From the NCBI GenBank assembly GCA_028534125.1, contig CM052817.1, forward strand, positions 54,252,001 to 54,316,000: a stretch of DNA of 64,000 nucleotides, read 5' to 3'. The stretch is from Lama glama. Taxonomy: Eukaryota. The position numbers and the translations under genes are program-made. A model generated the notes under the pieces. It saw only the letters and a program-made list of their open reading frames with translations, made no database searches and had not been told where the DNA came from. Below are positions 41,400 to 56,300 of the stretch, one piece after another (positions within the stretch are counted from its first letter, which is position 1; each line of letters opens with the position of its first letter).

Positions 41400-41595
41400 G
41401 GTTCCCAGGGCTGACGGAGGTGAAAGGGAATAACTACAAAACTGCACAAGAGAACTTCTGAGGGTGAAGGATATGGTCTCTATCTTGATTTTGATGGTAC
41501 CCTCACACGACTTAATGTGTCAAAACAGAATTATGCATTAAAAAGTGAATTCACTATACATAAATTATATATCAATAAACCTGATTTAAAAAAAT
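41400..41595 (+). mobile_element. L1M 3' end fragment
   Basis: gaacttctgagggtgaaggatatggtctctatcttgatt...aaattatatatcaataaacctgat. Confidence 0.7.
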
Positions 41596-42429
41596 AATCT
41601 AGCAAATAGCATAAACTGATGCATGTTGGAAATGCATACATTTTTGTCTAAAGGTAAAGTGAATCCATCATAGTATATAATTTGTTCTAATACTTTTTTT
41701 CTGGTTAAAGTAATGTGTTTAATGTCATCTTCCAACAGTACTTGCTAACGGAGTAATACAATATTACTTGCTGCCATATAATATATCTTGTGTGATTTCA
41801 ACCATTTTTACCACAGCAGGAAGAACTAGGGTTTCTCCAATGATTTCATTCTTTCCCTGCAGGAAATTTCAAATAAGGCTTATAACATTTATCATAAATT
41901 TAGCAGAAATTTGTAAATGACTAGATTCAGTATGACTTTAAACTTTGCTGAAAAACCTGAAGAGGTATGCATTTGTGTTCCAGATGTTAAGTTATTAAAA
42001 TTCTTGCTACTAATGATGCTATGCACTATCATTAGATTATACCTCAAGATAAATATGCTCTCAGGATAAGTTTAATCACTTATGATATAAGCGATAAATC
42101 CCTATTTCATAATCATTTCAGTAATTTTAAGTTTTTGCTATCCTTATTAAATCTGAGATTATCACTGTTTAATTATATAATGAGTTCGAAAATATTCTTT
42201 AACAGGGATAGAAGAAATGCTAGCTCCATCATTTTTTAATTGATTTATGCTTGTATCAATCAAATAATCTTCATTTTGTAAATTTTATTTAACACTTCAT
42301 AAAATCTGTTGTCCAAATATGAGAGCCAGGCAAGTTAAAATTGACAGCAATTTCACTTAATGCACATATCCAAACACATGTAACATTAGTACACTAAAAT
42401 ACTCTTAAAAACAAACACTGCCATCAAAA

Positions 42430-43090
42430 TCCAATGAGATACCACTTGACATCCATTTGGATGGCTATTATCAAAATGACAATAATAACTTTTGGCAAGG
42501 ACATGACACAATTAAAACACTCATACATTTCTGATGGGAATGTAAAATGGCACAGCAACTTTGGAAAGCAATTTCGAAGTTTCTCAAAGGTAAAACATAC
42601 AGTTCTCATAAAAGCCAGCAATTCCACTTTAGGTATGTATCCAAGAGAAATGAATACATATGCCTACACAAAAACTTGTATATAAATGTTCATAGCAGCA
42701 TTATTCATTAATAGCCAAAGAGTGTAAAAATTCCAATGTCTATCAACTAGTTGAATGGATGAGCAAAATGTGACTTATCCATATAACATACTGTTATTCA
42801 TGCATAAAAGAATTAAGTTCTGATTCACACAAAAAGAGTAAAACTTGAAAATATTATATTAAATGAAAAGGGCAGATACAAAAAAAAAGTACTTTATGAT
42901 TCCATGTATATGGTAAATCATCAGGATGAGGGAGAAACTTAGAGCAACTGCTCATGGATGTGGGGTTTTATGTAGGAATGATAAAAATGTTCTAGATTAG
43001 ATAGTGGTGATGGCTATACAACGTTGTGACTATACTAAAAACTTTAAAAGGGTGAACTTATGGTTTATGAATTATATCTCACTTAAAAAC
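42430..43090 (+). mobile_element. L1MB-like ORF2 C-terminus and 3'UTR
   Basis: ORF 42434 (MRYHLTSIWMAIIK...GMYPREMNTY) is an L1 ORF2 end; the 3'UTR has gatagtggtgatggctatacaacgttgtg. Confidence 0.85.
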
Positions 43091-45739
43091 TATGACACCA
43101 ACACTGCCTATCTAAAACATTGTAAAAATTCCTATAATTAAACTTCACACTTGGGGGTCCAGTTGTATTCACTATATTGAATATTGTAAGTTCTTCGTTT
43201 TTCTTATAGTTTTTCATGAAAATAAGTATCAGGAAAGGTTCTGAACATTTCTTCTCACAAGACTAGGGATACCCTTAACACTCAAGAGACAGCCAGGCTG
43301 GAAAGTAAAGCTTTCATCTGGCAAACATGACATACTACTGCTTCAAACCTACTTTTCCAGACTCATCTCTTGACAATTGTTCCACCACCTGTGTAATCCA
43401 TCAGTCACAACGGAACTATCAATCCATCAATGGCCATCCCCTGTTCCTTGATGTGCCCTTTCACAAGTTATTATATTGCCCTGGAATGAAGGACCTCACC
43501 CTCCTGGCCTGAGCAACCCCCTCAGTGAATTCCACAGACTCCATGAAGGTTTCAAGAGCCTCCAACAAAAGGGAACTTCTCCTACCACTGTTTCCTTAGT
43601 AGCTTGTCATAGACTCTTTTAAAGTGCATATAATAATTTCTATAGAGTTTCATATCTTTCCCACCAGAATTCAATTTCTCCTGAGCAGGCACATCTAAGT
43701 TTCACTTGGCTTAATTTAAAGGAAAAAAAAATAAAACAAAGATTGAACCAACCAGTTTTTGTTAATTGAATTTATTTATAGCACTAAGTACCAAAAAACT
43801 CATTTCACTCAAGTAATAAAAGAATGTCTGCAAAACTTATGTCAATGTGTGGATAAGCTATTAAATACAAATAAAGTAGATTCAATCATATCTACTCTGG
43901 AAAAGAGAAATCATATTATTTTCCTGCATAAATGAATGAATGTGTAGAACTAAGCTGTGACAAAGAAATTAAGGCAAAAATCTCAAAAAGAAGGAATATC
44001 GACTGGAAAATTTCGTACCTACAATAGTGAGAATGCAGTGTTTTGGTAGTCTTAAATTACTCAGTACTCTTAGAGTTAAAGAAAAATCCAGAATAGTTGA
44101 ATATAGATTTATAAAAAGTTTAATGCATATAAATTATAGCAATAATTCAAAATCAAATAAACATGAATTATTTTAATATGAAGGAAAATAATAAGAAAGT
44201 TGATACTTCTAATTTCAAGCTGAATATCTACAATAATTTACATTCTTAGACATTACAAAGTCCCCTTGCAGAAATTAACTTCAGTAAATTCCAGAAGAAA
44301 GAAAATTCCAATTTTACTGCTGATTGACTAATATAAAGACCTGTCTTACTATTAAGTGATTTGCTGAAGAAGATGCAAATACATGTACTGGCCTAACGTT
44401 ATATTCCTTTAAGTCTTTTATGTTGAAATAAAAACATTACTTTTGAAAAGAATTTTCTTGGTCTATAAAATGCATAATTTTATTTCCTAATATTCATATT
44501 CACCATAATGGATATGTAATTGAGAGCAAAAGAATGAACTAAGTAAGAACGATTTAACTAATTTTCTTGGTATACATGCTAATTTTTAAAAATCTGAATA
44601 GTTATTCTATAATTAGACAGTTAAGACAGTAACACAGAAACCGCCTTTTGAAAGGGGTAGAATGCTATTAAAATTATTTATCTTTAGTAGCCCATTTATT
44701 TTATAGATATGGTATATTTCCTTACAATAGCAAATACTTTGAAATATTTTTACATATTAGTTCAAAAGAAATGTTATTTCTAAAAATATGTAAAATTACA
44801 TTTTAGTAACTGATTAAACAATATGCTGAATTTTCAATATGATACTCATAAAAGCACATACTAACTTGAATATAAATATATTAAATATACTTTTAAATTA
44901 CTAACAATCATGATTGGCAGCAATAAACTAATAATTACCTTAATTTTCTCTTCAGTTGCTAAAAATCCATGTTTTTTTCCTCCAGTTTACTGAACATTTA
45001 AGCATTTCTGTAAAAAAAAAATTTAATTAGATGAGAAAAATACATACTTTAAGATTATAGCTGTAAGACTATTTGAGCAACTTATGAATTTCTTCTGTTT
45101 GTCAAGTGAATTTTTTCCCACAATGCTTAAGGTATAGCAGCAGAAGGACCTATGAAAACAAAATTCAATTCACCTGACACATCTTCTTACATCATCTAAT
45201 TTACTATAATGTTCACTGGGAAAAGTTAATGAATTTGGTAGGTATGAAATTTAAATATTTTCCCAATTAAAAAACATACAAGTTTTTAAAATAAATTCTG
45301 AGATTTCCAAGAAATTTTCGAGTTTCCTGTAACAGGCACTTCTAGCTAAGATTCTGGGATGTGTTTAATCAGTTTTATTATAAGAACTGCTATGGGGAAA
45401 AAATGAGAAATACCTTAGTACATCTTGCTACTTTATTATATATTATATATACAAACACACACACACATACACAAACACAAACATAAAAAATACGCATGCT
45501 CTGTGTATTTATGTATAAATACTAAGATTGTGATTACAATAATTTAAACAAATTCATATTTTAGAAACATTAGGAAAAAAATAAAAGATAACAGTTTATT
45601 TAAATGGTAAATTTATAGGGTTTTTTGTCTTCATTTTCTTTAAATTGCCATAATATTTTCTATGTCTGTTATGATTAAACTAATATTAATATGCCAGACA
45701 TTTTACAATAAAGGAGTAATGTTAAAAGATAAATATATT

Positions 45740-45870
45740 AAAATAAATTTCAAAAAGGAGTAGCGTCCTTCAAAGTATATTCTTAGGAATTTCAGTGTTT
45801 TCTAAGTGTTCTGCAATTGCCCACATCAATTTTTGAACTTTGTAGTGAGTCCATTTAAGGGCTTTATATA
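45740..45870. mobile_element. MARNA-like (mariner) remnant
   Basis: gtccttcaaagta...ctgcaattgcccacatcaatttttgaact resembles the recalled MARNA consensus. Confidence 0.4.
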
Positions 45871-46599
45871 CAAACACCACCTGCTTTAACTAATACGATA
45901 CTTAGTATTTATTATGCTATTCATAGTATTATGCTATTAGCAGACAGTTAAATAATCATATATGTGCCGAAACAATGACAAGTGTCTATTATCTATTCTA
46001 GAATCTTGTCCCCAAATGGGATAAGGAATTAAATACAGGCAGAAAGTCATTAGCATAAAATTAAAATTGAATTCTCCTTTACAGAATCACTATTGATTAC
46101 CATCAGATATTTATGTGAGCAAACTAGTGAAAAACTATTCACTGATAAAAGCATTACATTTTGTTTGAGAATTTTAAAATATTAAAGCAATGGAAATCAC
46201 TATTTTTTTTGTAAGATATCTGGCCAATTATTGAGGTTTTGTACCACAAGAGCAATCTAAGTCCACGTTTGAATGGCACATTTGACTCCTTGAACAGGAA
46301 ACTAAAAGCTATTTTTTTATCAACCTCTTGAGTTTGTCTGCAGAACCATTCTTTTAACAAATCAAGTATGTTCCTTTAATAACTACTGGCTCTTTACATA
46401 AAGTATTTTCTCCTGATTTTTGAAGACAAAGCATACCCTCTTTTGCAATATTCTACATATCTGAACAAGCATGAACAATGACAGAACAGGTCCTCCTGCA
46501 AACATCCTCACCCTTTAGATCGTTCTTTATTTCCTCGCATTAGGAAGTACATTCTGAGATCCAAGCAAGACTTACTCCACAACGTTCTCCCTGATTGCA

Positions 46600-46805
46600 C
46601 CAGACCCACTCCATCACAGAAGGAACCAGTCATACCTTCCCTGATGCTCCCACAGCTCTTTGGGTATTCTTCTATTTTGCTGAACCATACACTGTAATGT
46701 GGACTGCTTGAGAACAGGGACTGGGACCACTTTTTCAATTTAAACTACCTCTCCCTAAAGAACTAAGCACCTCATATGGCCTCAAAAATGCTGCCTGGGT
46801 GAACA
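46600..46805 (+). mobile_element. L2 3' end fragment
   Basis: actgtaatgtggactgcttgagaacagggactggg...ctaagcac...ctcaaaaatgctg. Confidence 0.55.
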
Positions 46806-49009
46806 AAACATTACTTTTTTCTTAAGTTAAAAACTTAAATTTATTTATTGGAAACTGTTTGTATTGGCTTCACATAAATTGAGACCAAGAACAAAAATGC
46901 ACCATTATATGTATCTCTGATTTTGTTCGCATAACATTCTTTATGGGTTCTTTTTCTATTTATACAGGAGAACAGAGGTTCTTCAATTTAGTTTGTCTAT
47001 TCAACATCTCAGTGCTTCATTCAATTACAGCCACTTAAGGCACTTAAGAGTTAGCAGACAGCTCGGAGGAAAACAAGCACACATAGGGTCATGGAGCCTC
47101 CCAAGAGGAAGAAGTCCAGATCTAAGGTAAAATACAGGAAAGGGGAAGAGGTGTGGACAGGTAAGAGGAACAGAAAAGCAAACAGAAGTCAAGGAGAGGT
47201 ATCATATCAAATGATATTATTCTATCACTATGAAATAATAAGCCTGAGTTTCTTCTCTAATTAGGAACCCTGTCTAAAAAGGCTTTTTAAAATGAGCTAC
47301 TAGAATTATTTTTGAGCAATGTGACTACTTTGAAGAAAAGCACTCGTGGAGGATATAAAAATTTGGCATGTTTATATTTTCATGTTTTCATCACTGTTCA
47401 AAAGTTACCCAGAAAACACTCACAATTATTGCAATTCACTCTAGCTTTTGAAAACTAGATGGAAATACTTTGGGTGTGAACGCTAGATTGCTTTAATTAA
47501 AAGTTAAATTAAACCATGCTTTAGATAAAATGAAAATAAACACATATATAAGACATCAAAAATGGAAAATATTTTAACATTTAGGTTTGATTCTCTAGTT
47601 AAAAAAAAAAACATGATAAAGATGAATGTTCAAGGTAAACTTTCTAATCCTGAGATAGCATGTTAAAAAAGTAGACTAACTCCCTTTCTTCCTACCTTCC
47701 TTCTCTCACTTAAGAGTTACAAGTTTACTCAGTTGTCCAAGCACTGTCCTAGGTACTGTGGATTCAGGAGTGAACTGAACAGAAATAAACATCACTTATA
47801 GAGTTTACACTTACATTCTCAATGGGGAATAAGAAATGAATGAGGAAAAGAGACAAAGAAAAAGAGAAAGCCTGACTTAATATTTTTAAGATTTATTAAA
47901 AATATTTGAAAAATTTAAACACAATTTTGAACAATTTATATCCTCATTTAAATTAAAAAAATTAAAGAAATTAAACACTTAATTTATATTCTCATCTAAC
48001 CTTTACAAAAATCTTCTGAGGTTGGTATGAACTTTATCTTTATTTTATAAATAAATACTCTGAGACACTAAGTGGAAAAGTCAGAATTCAAATACAAGTT
48101 GTCCAAATTCAGAGCCTATACCCTGGAGTTTCTCAAATAGCACTTTACTGATTATTACTGTCCATGTATGTTAAGAGGATGTTTATAATGGAAGGCAGAA
48201 AATAAGCGTCCTTATATGAATTTCTCAGGAAATAGTCACCTCAGAATTTCCTAACACTGATGACTATTAGAAGGTGACTTCACATTCTGATATTTAAATG
48301 AGATTTCAGGAAATCCCAGTAAAAATTAGTCTGGACTTAAGATGAAAAGACATTTTATTGTCTTTGCCTGTGTGACTTTAATTCCAAAAGTATTTGATGA
48401 TATCTCCTACTCAACTGTCCAGGAAAGGATCATGAGGCAATGAAGATGTGCTATGTACAAACATATTTTTAAAGGATCATTCTGGTGTCAGTTAATAGAT
48501 GGTCTGCAGCCTAAGACGACAGTGATATTTTTAAAAGATCAATGAGAACTGAGATTATTTTTTTGAAATATAGTGAATCGAAGAAATCATTGTAAGTTTT
48601 TTTTGAGGTTTTTTTTTTTTTTTGCCTATGAGTGTTAGTCCTTAAATTACTTTTAGACTTAAACAAATATGGGGTACTCACAATTAATTATCTGTAAAAG
48701 GAAGTATATGGCCTTCACATCTATCATTTCAAATTATTTGGAAGTTAAGAATTTATGAGACAAAGCTCTATAGATACATTAATGGCATTTATGAAATTCC
48801 ACCTCCATAACTTCAACTATCCCTTCAAATGTTGTCTCTTTACTTACGATGTTCAAGCCATTTTCCGACTACTCCCCTTCAGGCTCTCCATCTACTAGTC
48901 TATATGAGTTATCCTCAGATCTTTTCTACCCTAATTCCTTATTTATAACCATCATTATATACTACCATATTACTCTCTGTAGAGTATTCAGATGTGTTTT
49001 TCAGCTCTA

Positions 49010-49165
49010 TTTCCAATACCATAACCATCACAGCCATGTGAAGCAAGCAAAGGGGAATTATTTCTACTTTACAGATTAGAAAGCTACATCTCATTAAGAT
49101 TTTCATGGTTATCAAGTGATGGGGCCAAGGCAAGAATCCAAAGTATCTGACCCTTAGTTTGACCA
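49010..49165 (-). mobile_element. MIR SINE
   Basis: cacagccatgtgaagcaagca...ttattt...tttacagattagaaagct...aagaatccaaagtatctgac. Confidence 0.6.
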
Positions 49166-49779
49166 CCCGCTGTTACATGTTGCCACCACTGGCCCCCAGC
49201 CTGCCATATTGCAATAGCACCTTGATATCCTGAGCACTATTCTATCTCCTCTTAAATCTACCTTGCAAACAGTTGAGAGAGCAATCTGAGACCTCATTTT
49301 CCTCATGATGGTTTTCTGCTGAGTAATCTAAAAAACCACCCTATTGCTTTCCATAGAGTCTGGCTTTCAAGATCCTCTGTAGAATGAATACCCTTTTTTC
49401 CATTATAAACATCTCTTTGACACTACTTCATTAAACAGAATTTCCCATCAGCCAGCTTGGGTTCCTGACTGGCTCCTCAGACAAGATTACTCCTGATAGA
49501 CTAGCTTGTTAATGTAAACCCTTGATCCAAGAATGCTCACTTACTGCACTTTCTCTAACTGCATGCTTTGACTACCATGTTAATATTATGCTAAGGGCTA
49601 ATCTTCCCATGAAATTATACTCAACACTTTGAGCATAAACACATCTCTGAACTCCTGGTGCGTTTTAAATCAGGAATACCAAGTTTAGTTCTAAATGTGC
49701 CATATTTTCCACATGTGATAGTTTTGGGGCCCCAAGAATGCATGCCATTGTACAAAGAAGAGTACCTTGGGGAAGACTT

Positions 49780-50380
49780 TTAAATCAATAAGATCGCCAT
49801 TTGGACAAAATCGCCAAAAACAACTGTTTCAGGACTATGGAAATTGACTAGTCATACAACAAGTTAAGTACTTACACCAGAAGAACTACCCTATTTTGGA
49901 AAGAGCAGTGGGGATGCTGTGGCATTTTTGCCTAGAAATCTTCTCATCTCTCCCCCCATCTCCAGCTACACTCTTAGGTCATAAAACAAATCTTAGTAAC
50001 ATTTAAAAGGACTTAAATCATATAAAATGAGTTGTCTAATCAAAATAGAATTACACTAAAAATAAATAAGACAAATTGTGGAAATCCCTAAATATTTGCA
50101 AATTTTAAAAATTTTCTCTAAATATTCCATGTATCAAAGAAAAAAAATCACAAGAGAAATTTTAAGATATTTTCAACCGAAGGAAAACTAAAGCACAAAA
50201 AAACAAATTTTACAGAACGCAGCTAAAGTAGTGTTCAAAAGAAATTCCTAACTTTAAACACCTGTATTAGAAAAGAAGTATGTTTCCACACAAATAACTA
50301 CTTATACCTTACATGGAAGTAAGAAAAGAGCAAACTAAATGCAAAATTATCTAAAAGAAGGGAATAATAAAGGAAAAAAT
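49780..50380 (+). mobile_element. Old L1 fragments (5' region fused to an ORF2 piece)
   Basis: tgtggcatttttgcctag (L1M 5' region), then tcttaggtcataaaacaaatc...gcagctaaagtagtg...tattagaaaagaa (ORF2). Confidence 0.7.
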
Positions 50381-53300
50381 GTGTAATGTTGACCAGAAGA
50401 CCAATGTTAAAATGAAAGCACTCCCACTAATTATTACTTTTACATTATCAAAAACTCTGTGCCTTTTTCAGCCCTTAGTATTTTCATTTTTAACACGAAT
50501 AAATTAGAATAAATTACTCATAATCTTTCTCCCCATGGAAAAAATATAACATGTTTTTTGGAACAGCCAACAGATCTACAAAAGATATAAATAACACACA
50601 AATGAACAAATGATAGTTTATTAGGGGAAAAGGATTGCAGACAATCCAAAACTGAGAATAATCCTCAAAACTCAATCAATATATTACCCAACATTTTGAC
50701 TTATAAACGGCTAAATTTTGTTGAGATGAATATCAAAATGTTATAATTAATGCAAGATAAGGGAAGAAATGTATTAAGGTGACAGTCAGTTTGGTTGCCT
50801 GCAAACAGAGGATAGGATTGGCTAGGATAGGGTAAGATAAAGCAGAATACGATAGGGTAGGGTAGGCAAATGGAAGAGAAGGGAAGAACCCTTAGTTAGT
50901 GTCTAATGTATATACAGCCTCTGTGGTTAATATCTAGGATTAGGACAGCGCACACAAAGTTCTCACCCTCATAGAGAACAGTCTTTATTTATTAAAATCA
51001 AAACCAAAGAATGGGCCTTTTACTTAGTTTGTAATTCAATTACACAAAGATATTTTCTGCCCCCCAGAAATGGTAATGTCCTGATTAGTCAGAGGTTCAC
51101 AGCATCTGTAACACCAAACTTCTCATCTTGGTTAAGGCACTGTACTTAAGTGGCAATTCCTTCACGGGTCTGTCTCTGCTGTATTCTTTGGCCTTGATAA
51201 AGATACTAACAAGCAAGAACATTATTCTCTCCCAAGTATACAAAACTAGCCAAAGATTTCATACCCACAAGCACCTCCTTCTTCAGGTTTTGCCTGGGAC
51301 TGACTCACATGCTTTACCTTGTTCCTACATAAGGAACCACACAGGTACTGCCCTATCAAAAGGGAGACAATGCAACTCGCTGTGAATAATTCAGCGTCAG
51401 AAAGAGTTCAAGCATTCTGTCATTCTCAGGAAAATGAGAAGCTTCCTATGATGGGAGAAGAGATGGTCAAATATACAACAGGCGTGACTACTGAAGGTTA
51501 GAACCAATACCCAGAAAAAGACTGTTCATAATGGAGACTCTGTGTGGGCAGGATGGATTAATGACTGGGGGCAGAAGGGCTTCCCGCTCTCCTTTAACAC
51601 TTCTGCATTACAAGTAGTCAGCAGCCTGTGGCTCTAACTCCAAGAAGAGTTGGTGAGCCTCCAGGAAGATTATTTCCTCAACAATGTGCATTCTTTTCTT
51701 TCTCTGCCTGAGAAACAGCTCTCAACTTGTCAATATAAAAAGCAATCATCCAATTGAACCTGTGTTTTTAACCCTCAAAACTGGCTATGTTTTAACTATA
51801 ATGATACATAACATACCTGCATCCTAATTGTAGTTTCCAAATTCTATGGTAATAGGAGTTATCTAGCTTCTTCCATTTAAAATAAAATTTGCCTACTCTA
51901 TAATTTAAAATAAACATTCTCTGGTGGAACACACTGAAATCCACCTTATTACTTACAACACATAGTATTAACTGTTAAAAAAAACATGTTTACATGTCTA
52001 TGGCAGAATGGTTTAAAATAATTTGAACAGTTTGCATTATAAGTAATGAAAATATAACAATAATTTAGTACTTAAGGAGTTTTATTTGTGAAGATTATTT
52101 AGATCAATGTTCATCTGTTTCAACTTCAGTAGCAATATTACAAATTTTAAATAGTAAGTATTTTTTAAATACAGAAGAGTTAGGAAAAATGGGGTCTCAG
52201 AATTCCTGTTAACATAGGAAACTACAATTCATAAATTATATACAATTAATTTTTAAAATGTACCTCAACCAAGTGATACTGATTGCTACTGCTTCTTTGA
52301 ACATACATTTTAAAACTTATAATATTTCCTCTTTTTTTAAGATGGATTACATAAAGAAAAGATATAGCTACCTTTTTCTTTATACATATGTATATTTCAA
52401 AGGTTGCATATGAATTAATTTATTTTGAATGTAATGGAGTTATTTGCTATTTAAATGATCTCTAAGTAATTTTGAAATAAAATGCCTAATAATCAACTTT
52501 CAATGTGTATTATTTTAAACAGTCTACCATCGATCCATCTCCTCTCCTTTGACACCAGCCAAACAGACACCGGAACCTAACCTGAAATCCAGGTGCTAGA
52601 ACAGTATCACCCAGAATAACTCAGGGAGTACACTTGCTGATTCATATGGGAATTATCTCAGAATTATGGATGTAGGAAATCTTGTGTTTATTTCATGTTT
52701 GAAATTTAAATAAGAAACCTTAAAATGCATTGAAAAGGTATTTTTCTTTAAACATTGTCCTATCCTTAATTACCGGGTTTTCTGTTCACAAAAATGTACT
52801 CTCCCTTCACGGATGATTAAGACAAATAAAACAGATTAATCTCAAACAATTACATATAAGGAAAATTCCCTAAGAACAATTTATTGTGCCAACTCATACT
52901 ACCAGATATTTTCAGCAGGCTAACAAATGAATTTTTTAAAACAGAATTCCTGGACTTTTTATACTTAAGGAGTTTCTGACTGTCAGTTCTAGAAAGATGA
53001 TTTTCATCTCCCATGTCTATGAGGCCAAATTGTCAGCTGATATCAGTCCCAAGGAAAATACAATATGCCAGAATCCGCACAGAGTTTTACTCAATATGAG
53101 GACCTGGCGTCTAATGAAGTGTTCTCAAAGGTTTAAGAGAGTTCGGATTGCCAAATCAGACACTGAGTCTCAGATGAGCTTTTTCCAAAAATCCTCATTC
53201 CACTGGTCATTAAAAAAAAAAAAAATCAATAAATGTATTCTAACTAAAGTTTAAAAAGCTTCTGAGAAGTGACCTCTGCCAAAGTCTGTTGGGCACGTTC

Positions 53301-56300
53301 CAGCTGTGCAGGGGGCAGGGTGTGGGATCAAAAACCAGAAAGAAAGAAAGAAAGAAATGCTTTTGCAGTAGTGAAAAAAAAAAAATCTGGCTGCAGGACT
53401 AAAAGGGATTAGCTTACATATCAAATATCAGATTTCCACTGCACTGCTACTTTGCTTTCTCCTCTTTTTTTTTTTTTCTGTCCCATTCTTACACTGCCTG
53501 TAGTTCATTGCATGAAGCTTTACTTCTCATTTTGTATAAGATTTCAAGCAGAAAATCTGGAGTACTGAGATCTTCAAATTGATGTGCATTATATGCCACA
53601 GTAATCAGTGCCTTATTTGAGACTCCACCAATTGGAAATCAGATCAATCTAATGTACAATCCTTAATCAGGAAATACATTAAAAAAAGAAAAAAGTCACA
53701 CTGCACTAAACTTCAATGAACTTGACTCATGGAGAGGCCCTCAATTAACACTTAGTTATTCTTTATTTTCTATAGAGTTCTTTCAAATAGAAATCAGGGG
53801 AGACAGCACACTGACATACTGACAGACAAACCACCGCCACAAATACCTAAAGTTCTGAGGAAAACCAAAAACTGAACTACCAAACATGTGGAGTTTGGCC
53901 ACTTTAATTGGGTGGATATTTGCCTCAATTTTTCAGGAAGTTTTCTGTGTGCAAAGAACACCTTGCCCAAACAAGGTTCTATATAACTGATTTCTTACAC
54001 ATGCACAATTCAAACCGGTCATCAATCAATAAAGTCAAATTATGCTGGTATTACAATTAAAAGTTAACACCCTTGATAAAGTTTAAAGTATGTGTATACA
54101 TATGTATACGCTTTACACACATCTCTGGAGTACCTTACTTTTAAGTACATCTATTTTATTTCCATAAATTATGTACATAAAAAGAAAAACACATAAACCC
54201 ACATTTTAAGCTATTTATATATCATGTACCCATGTGGGGGAAAATTCACATCATTCCTTCCAAATAATGTCCAATAGAATTTTTTTTAATTGGTTTTTTT
54301 GGGGAGAAAGAGTACGTATCCACAGATATTTTAAAAGTAATGAGCATTGCTTAAGCAATCAAAAGTAAGGTCTATCAAACTGAAATAGTATTTTTCACAG
54401 ATAACAGGTGGAAAAAATGTAACATAACACAAAAAAAAACTGAGACCATTGAATTAAAATATTGGTTTTTTTAAACTTACTTGGTATTGAATTTAGTTTC
54501 CATTGTTACTGAATAGAAAGAATTTACTTTGAAGTATGGATTTAGGAGGGATAAAAGGAAACACTAACTGTTAAAATAAAAATATTTTCTAGTTCTTTTC
54601 TACTTTTCTTCTAACAAATAAAGTTAAATCCTCATATTCATATGAGACAAAGCATGCAAATATATATTTATTTATAACTATAAATGAAAATAAAGTTTTA
54701 CATCACATATTTCTTCAAGACAGCACTGAAATCTAAGTGACCATGTTTTATAGAAAAGTCATATACCTATCCCCTCTTACATGATTATTATATCCCTGTT
54801 ATAACTGTAAGAATGGCAAGCTATACATATCACAGTTAAAAATCAAGATCAAAGATGAACAAGGTATTTCTGGAAGAGTAGGAGAGAAAAAGTTTGAAAA
54901 ACTTGGCTGAAATCTTTTTCACCCTTCAAAATTGATTTTTTTTCTTCTAATCCTTGGCAAAATTCCTACTAATAGGCAAAAGCTTTTAAATTTCAATATT
55001 TCAACTTGTAATTTAACCTCCATTCTACTAAAATGGATGAAAATTTAGAATACATTAAAAAGGCAAACTTCTGTATCTATTTAGATTTCAAGTAAGAAAA
55101 CTTTTCATAGTCATTTTCATTCAATAATCAATCCAATAAACAAAACCAGAGGAAACCTGAAGCTAGGTTAGCTAACAGAGCTACAAAAAGTGAATTAGAC
55201 ATTACTCCTGCTCCTAGGACCCTCAGAGCCAATTGTGAAAATTCTTCACAATGTACAACATCTTGGTTTGGAGCTATTTAATTATCAACATTAGGGATAC
55301 AAATAATAACAGTAACAACAAAACAATACCAAAAATTGCTTAAGAGGTCAACTAACTTAATCAAAGCACAATTTAGATTACAATCTGGACAAACTATGTT
55401 AATAGCATAGTGAATACAAAGGAAAATATACTGAAAATATTACCTAAATGACAAATAAAAATAAAATCTTTCTCTACTTCACTGCAGTCAAAGAAAGTCA
55501 AATGCAATTTGATCTAATTAAGCCAATGTAGGATACACAACTACTTAAAAGCCTGGGCTACACTAAGTGATGAAGGCAAAATGGATTCAGTCCAAATCTG
55601 CTTTATTTATTTAGATTCTATTTATTATGGCTATATTTTATTATACAGTAGTTAAAAAAAAAAAACAAAACCTACAAGGCGACATCCTGTTTTTTTCCAC
55701 TGGGAAAAATGATGCAGATGCACTATTAAAACTCAGCACAGACAGCAGCATGCCAGGCTGCATTCCACTTGTGCCTTTATAATGTGTCAGTAGACAATGA
55801 TGCTTGCGCGGCTAATGATGAAGTTAGCCAAATTACTGCCACTTAAATATTCCATAAAATTGTGGCTTTACAGAAATCTAGAACCTTTTCAGCATCTCTA
55901 GTGATTCTATACATATTGGAAGGAAAAGAGTTGTTTTAAAATAAAGCAATTAAGTAGCATCATTTCTTTAAAAAAAAAAAAAGTCAATTTTCCCCCCTCA
56001 AAGTACTACCCTATTTTCAAGGAAAGTAGCTGATATTTCATCAGATTGTAAATTTTAAACCCTAGTTCAAATTAGTTATTTAATAAGTAGTCTAATGTGT
56101 TGAGAAAGTGAATGGAATTCACAACAGAATTGAGATAATAACTTTTGTAAGCTCAACAAGTATCATCTTTCCTCCTTTCATCATTATTCTCATAAGTGTA
56201 TATTCATCCTTTGTTGAAAATGTTGCAGGCATTATAAGAATTTGACTGTACAAACCAGAAATACTCATTTGTTTTCTGTTATTTGGGAAGGGGAGAGAAA

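Noticed and set aside
46150..46470. Possible transposase or coding remnant (ORF 46154-46360)
   Set aside because: No recognisable motif and no good splice sites.
50808..50866. G-rich pentamer run (ggata/gggta) as a G-quadruplex
   Set aside because: It is a degenerate simple repeat without four closely spaced GGG tracts.
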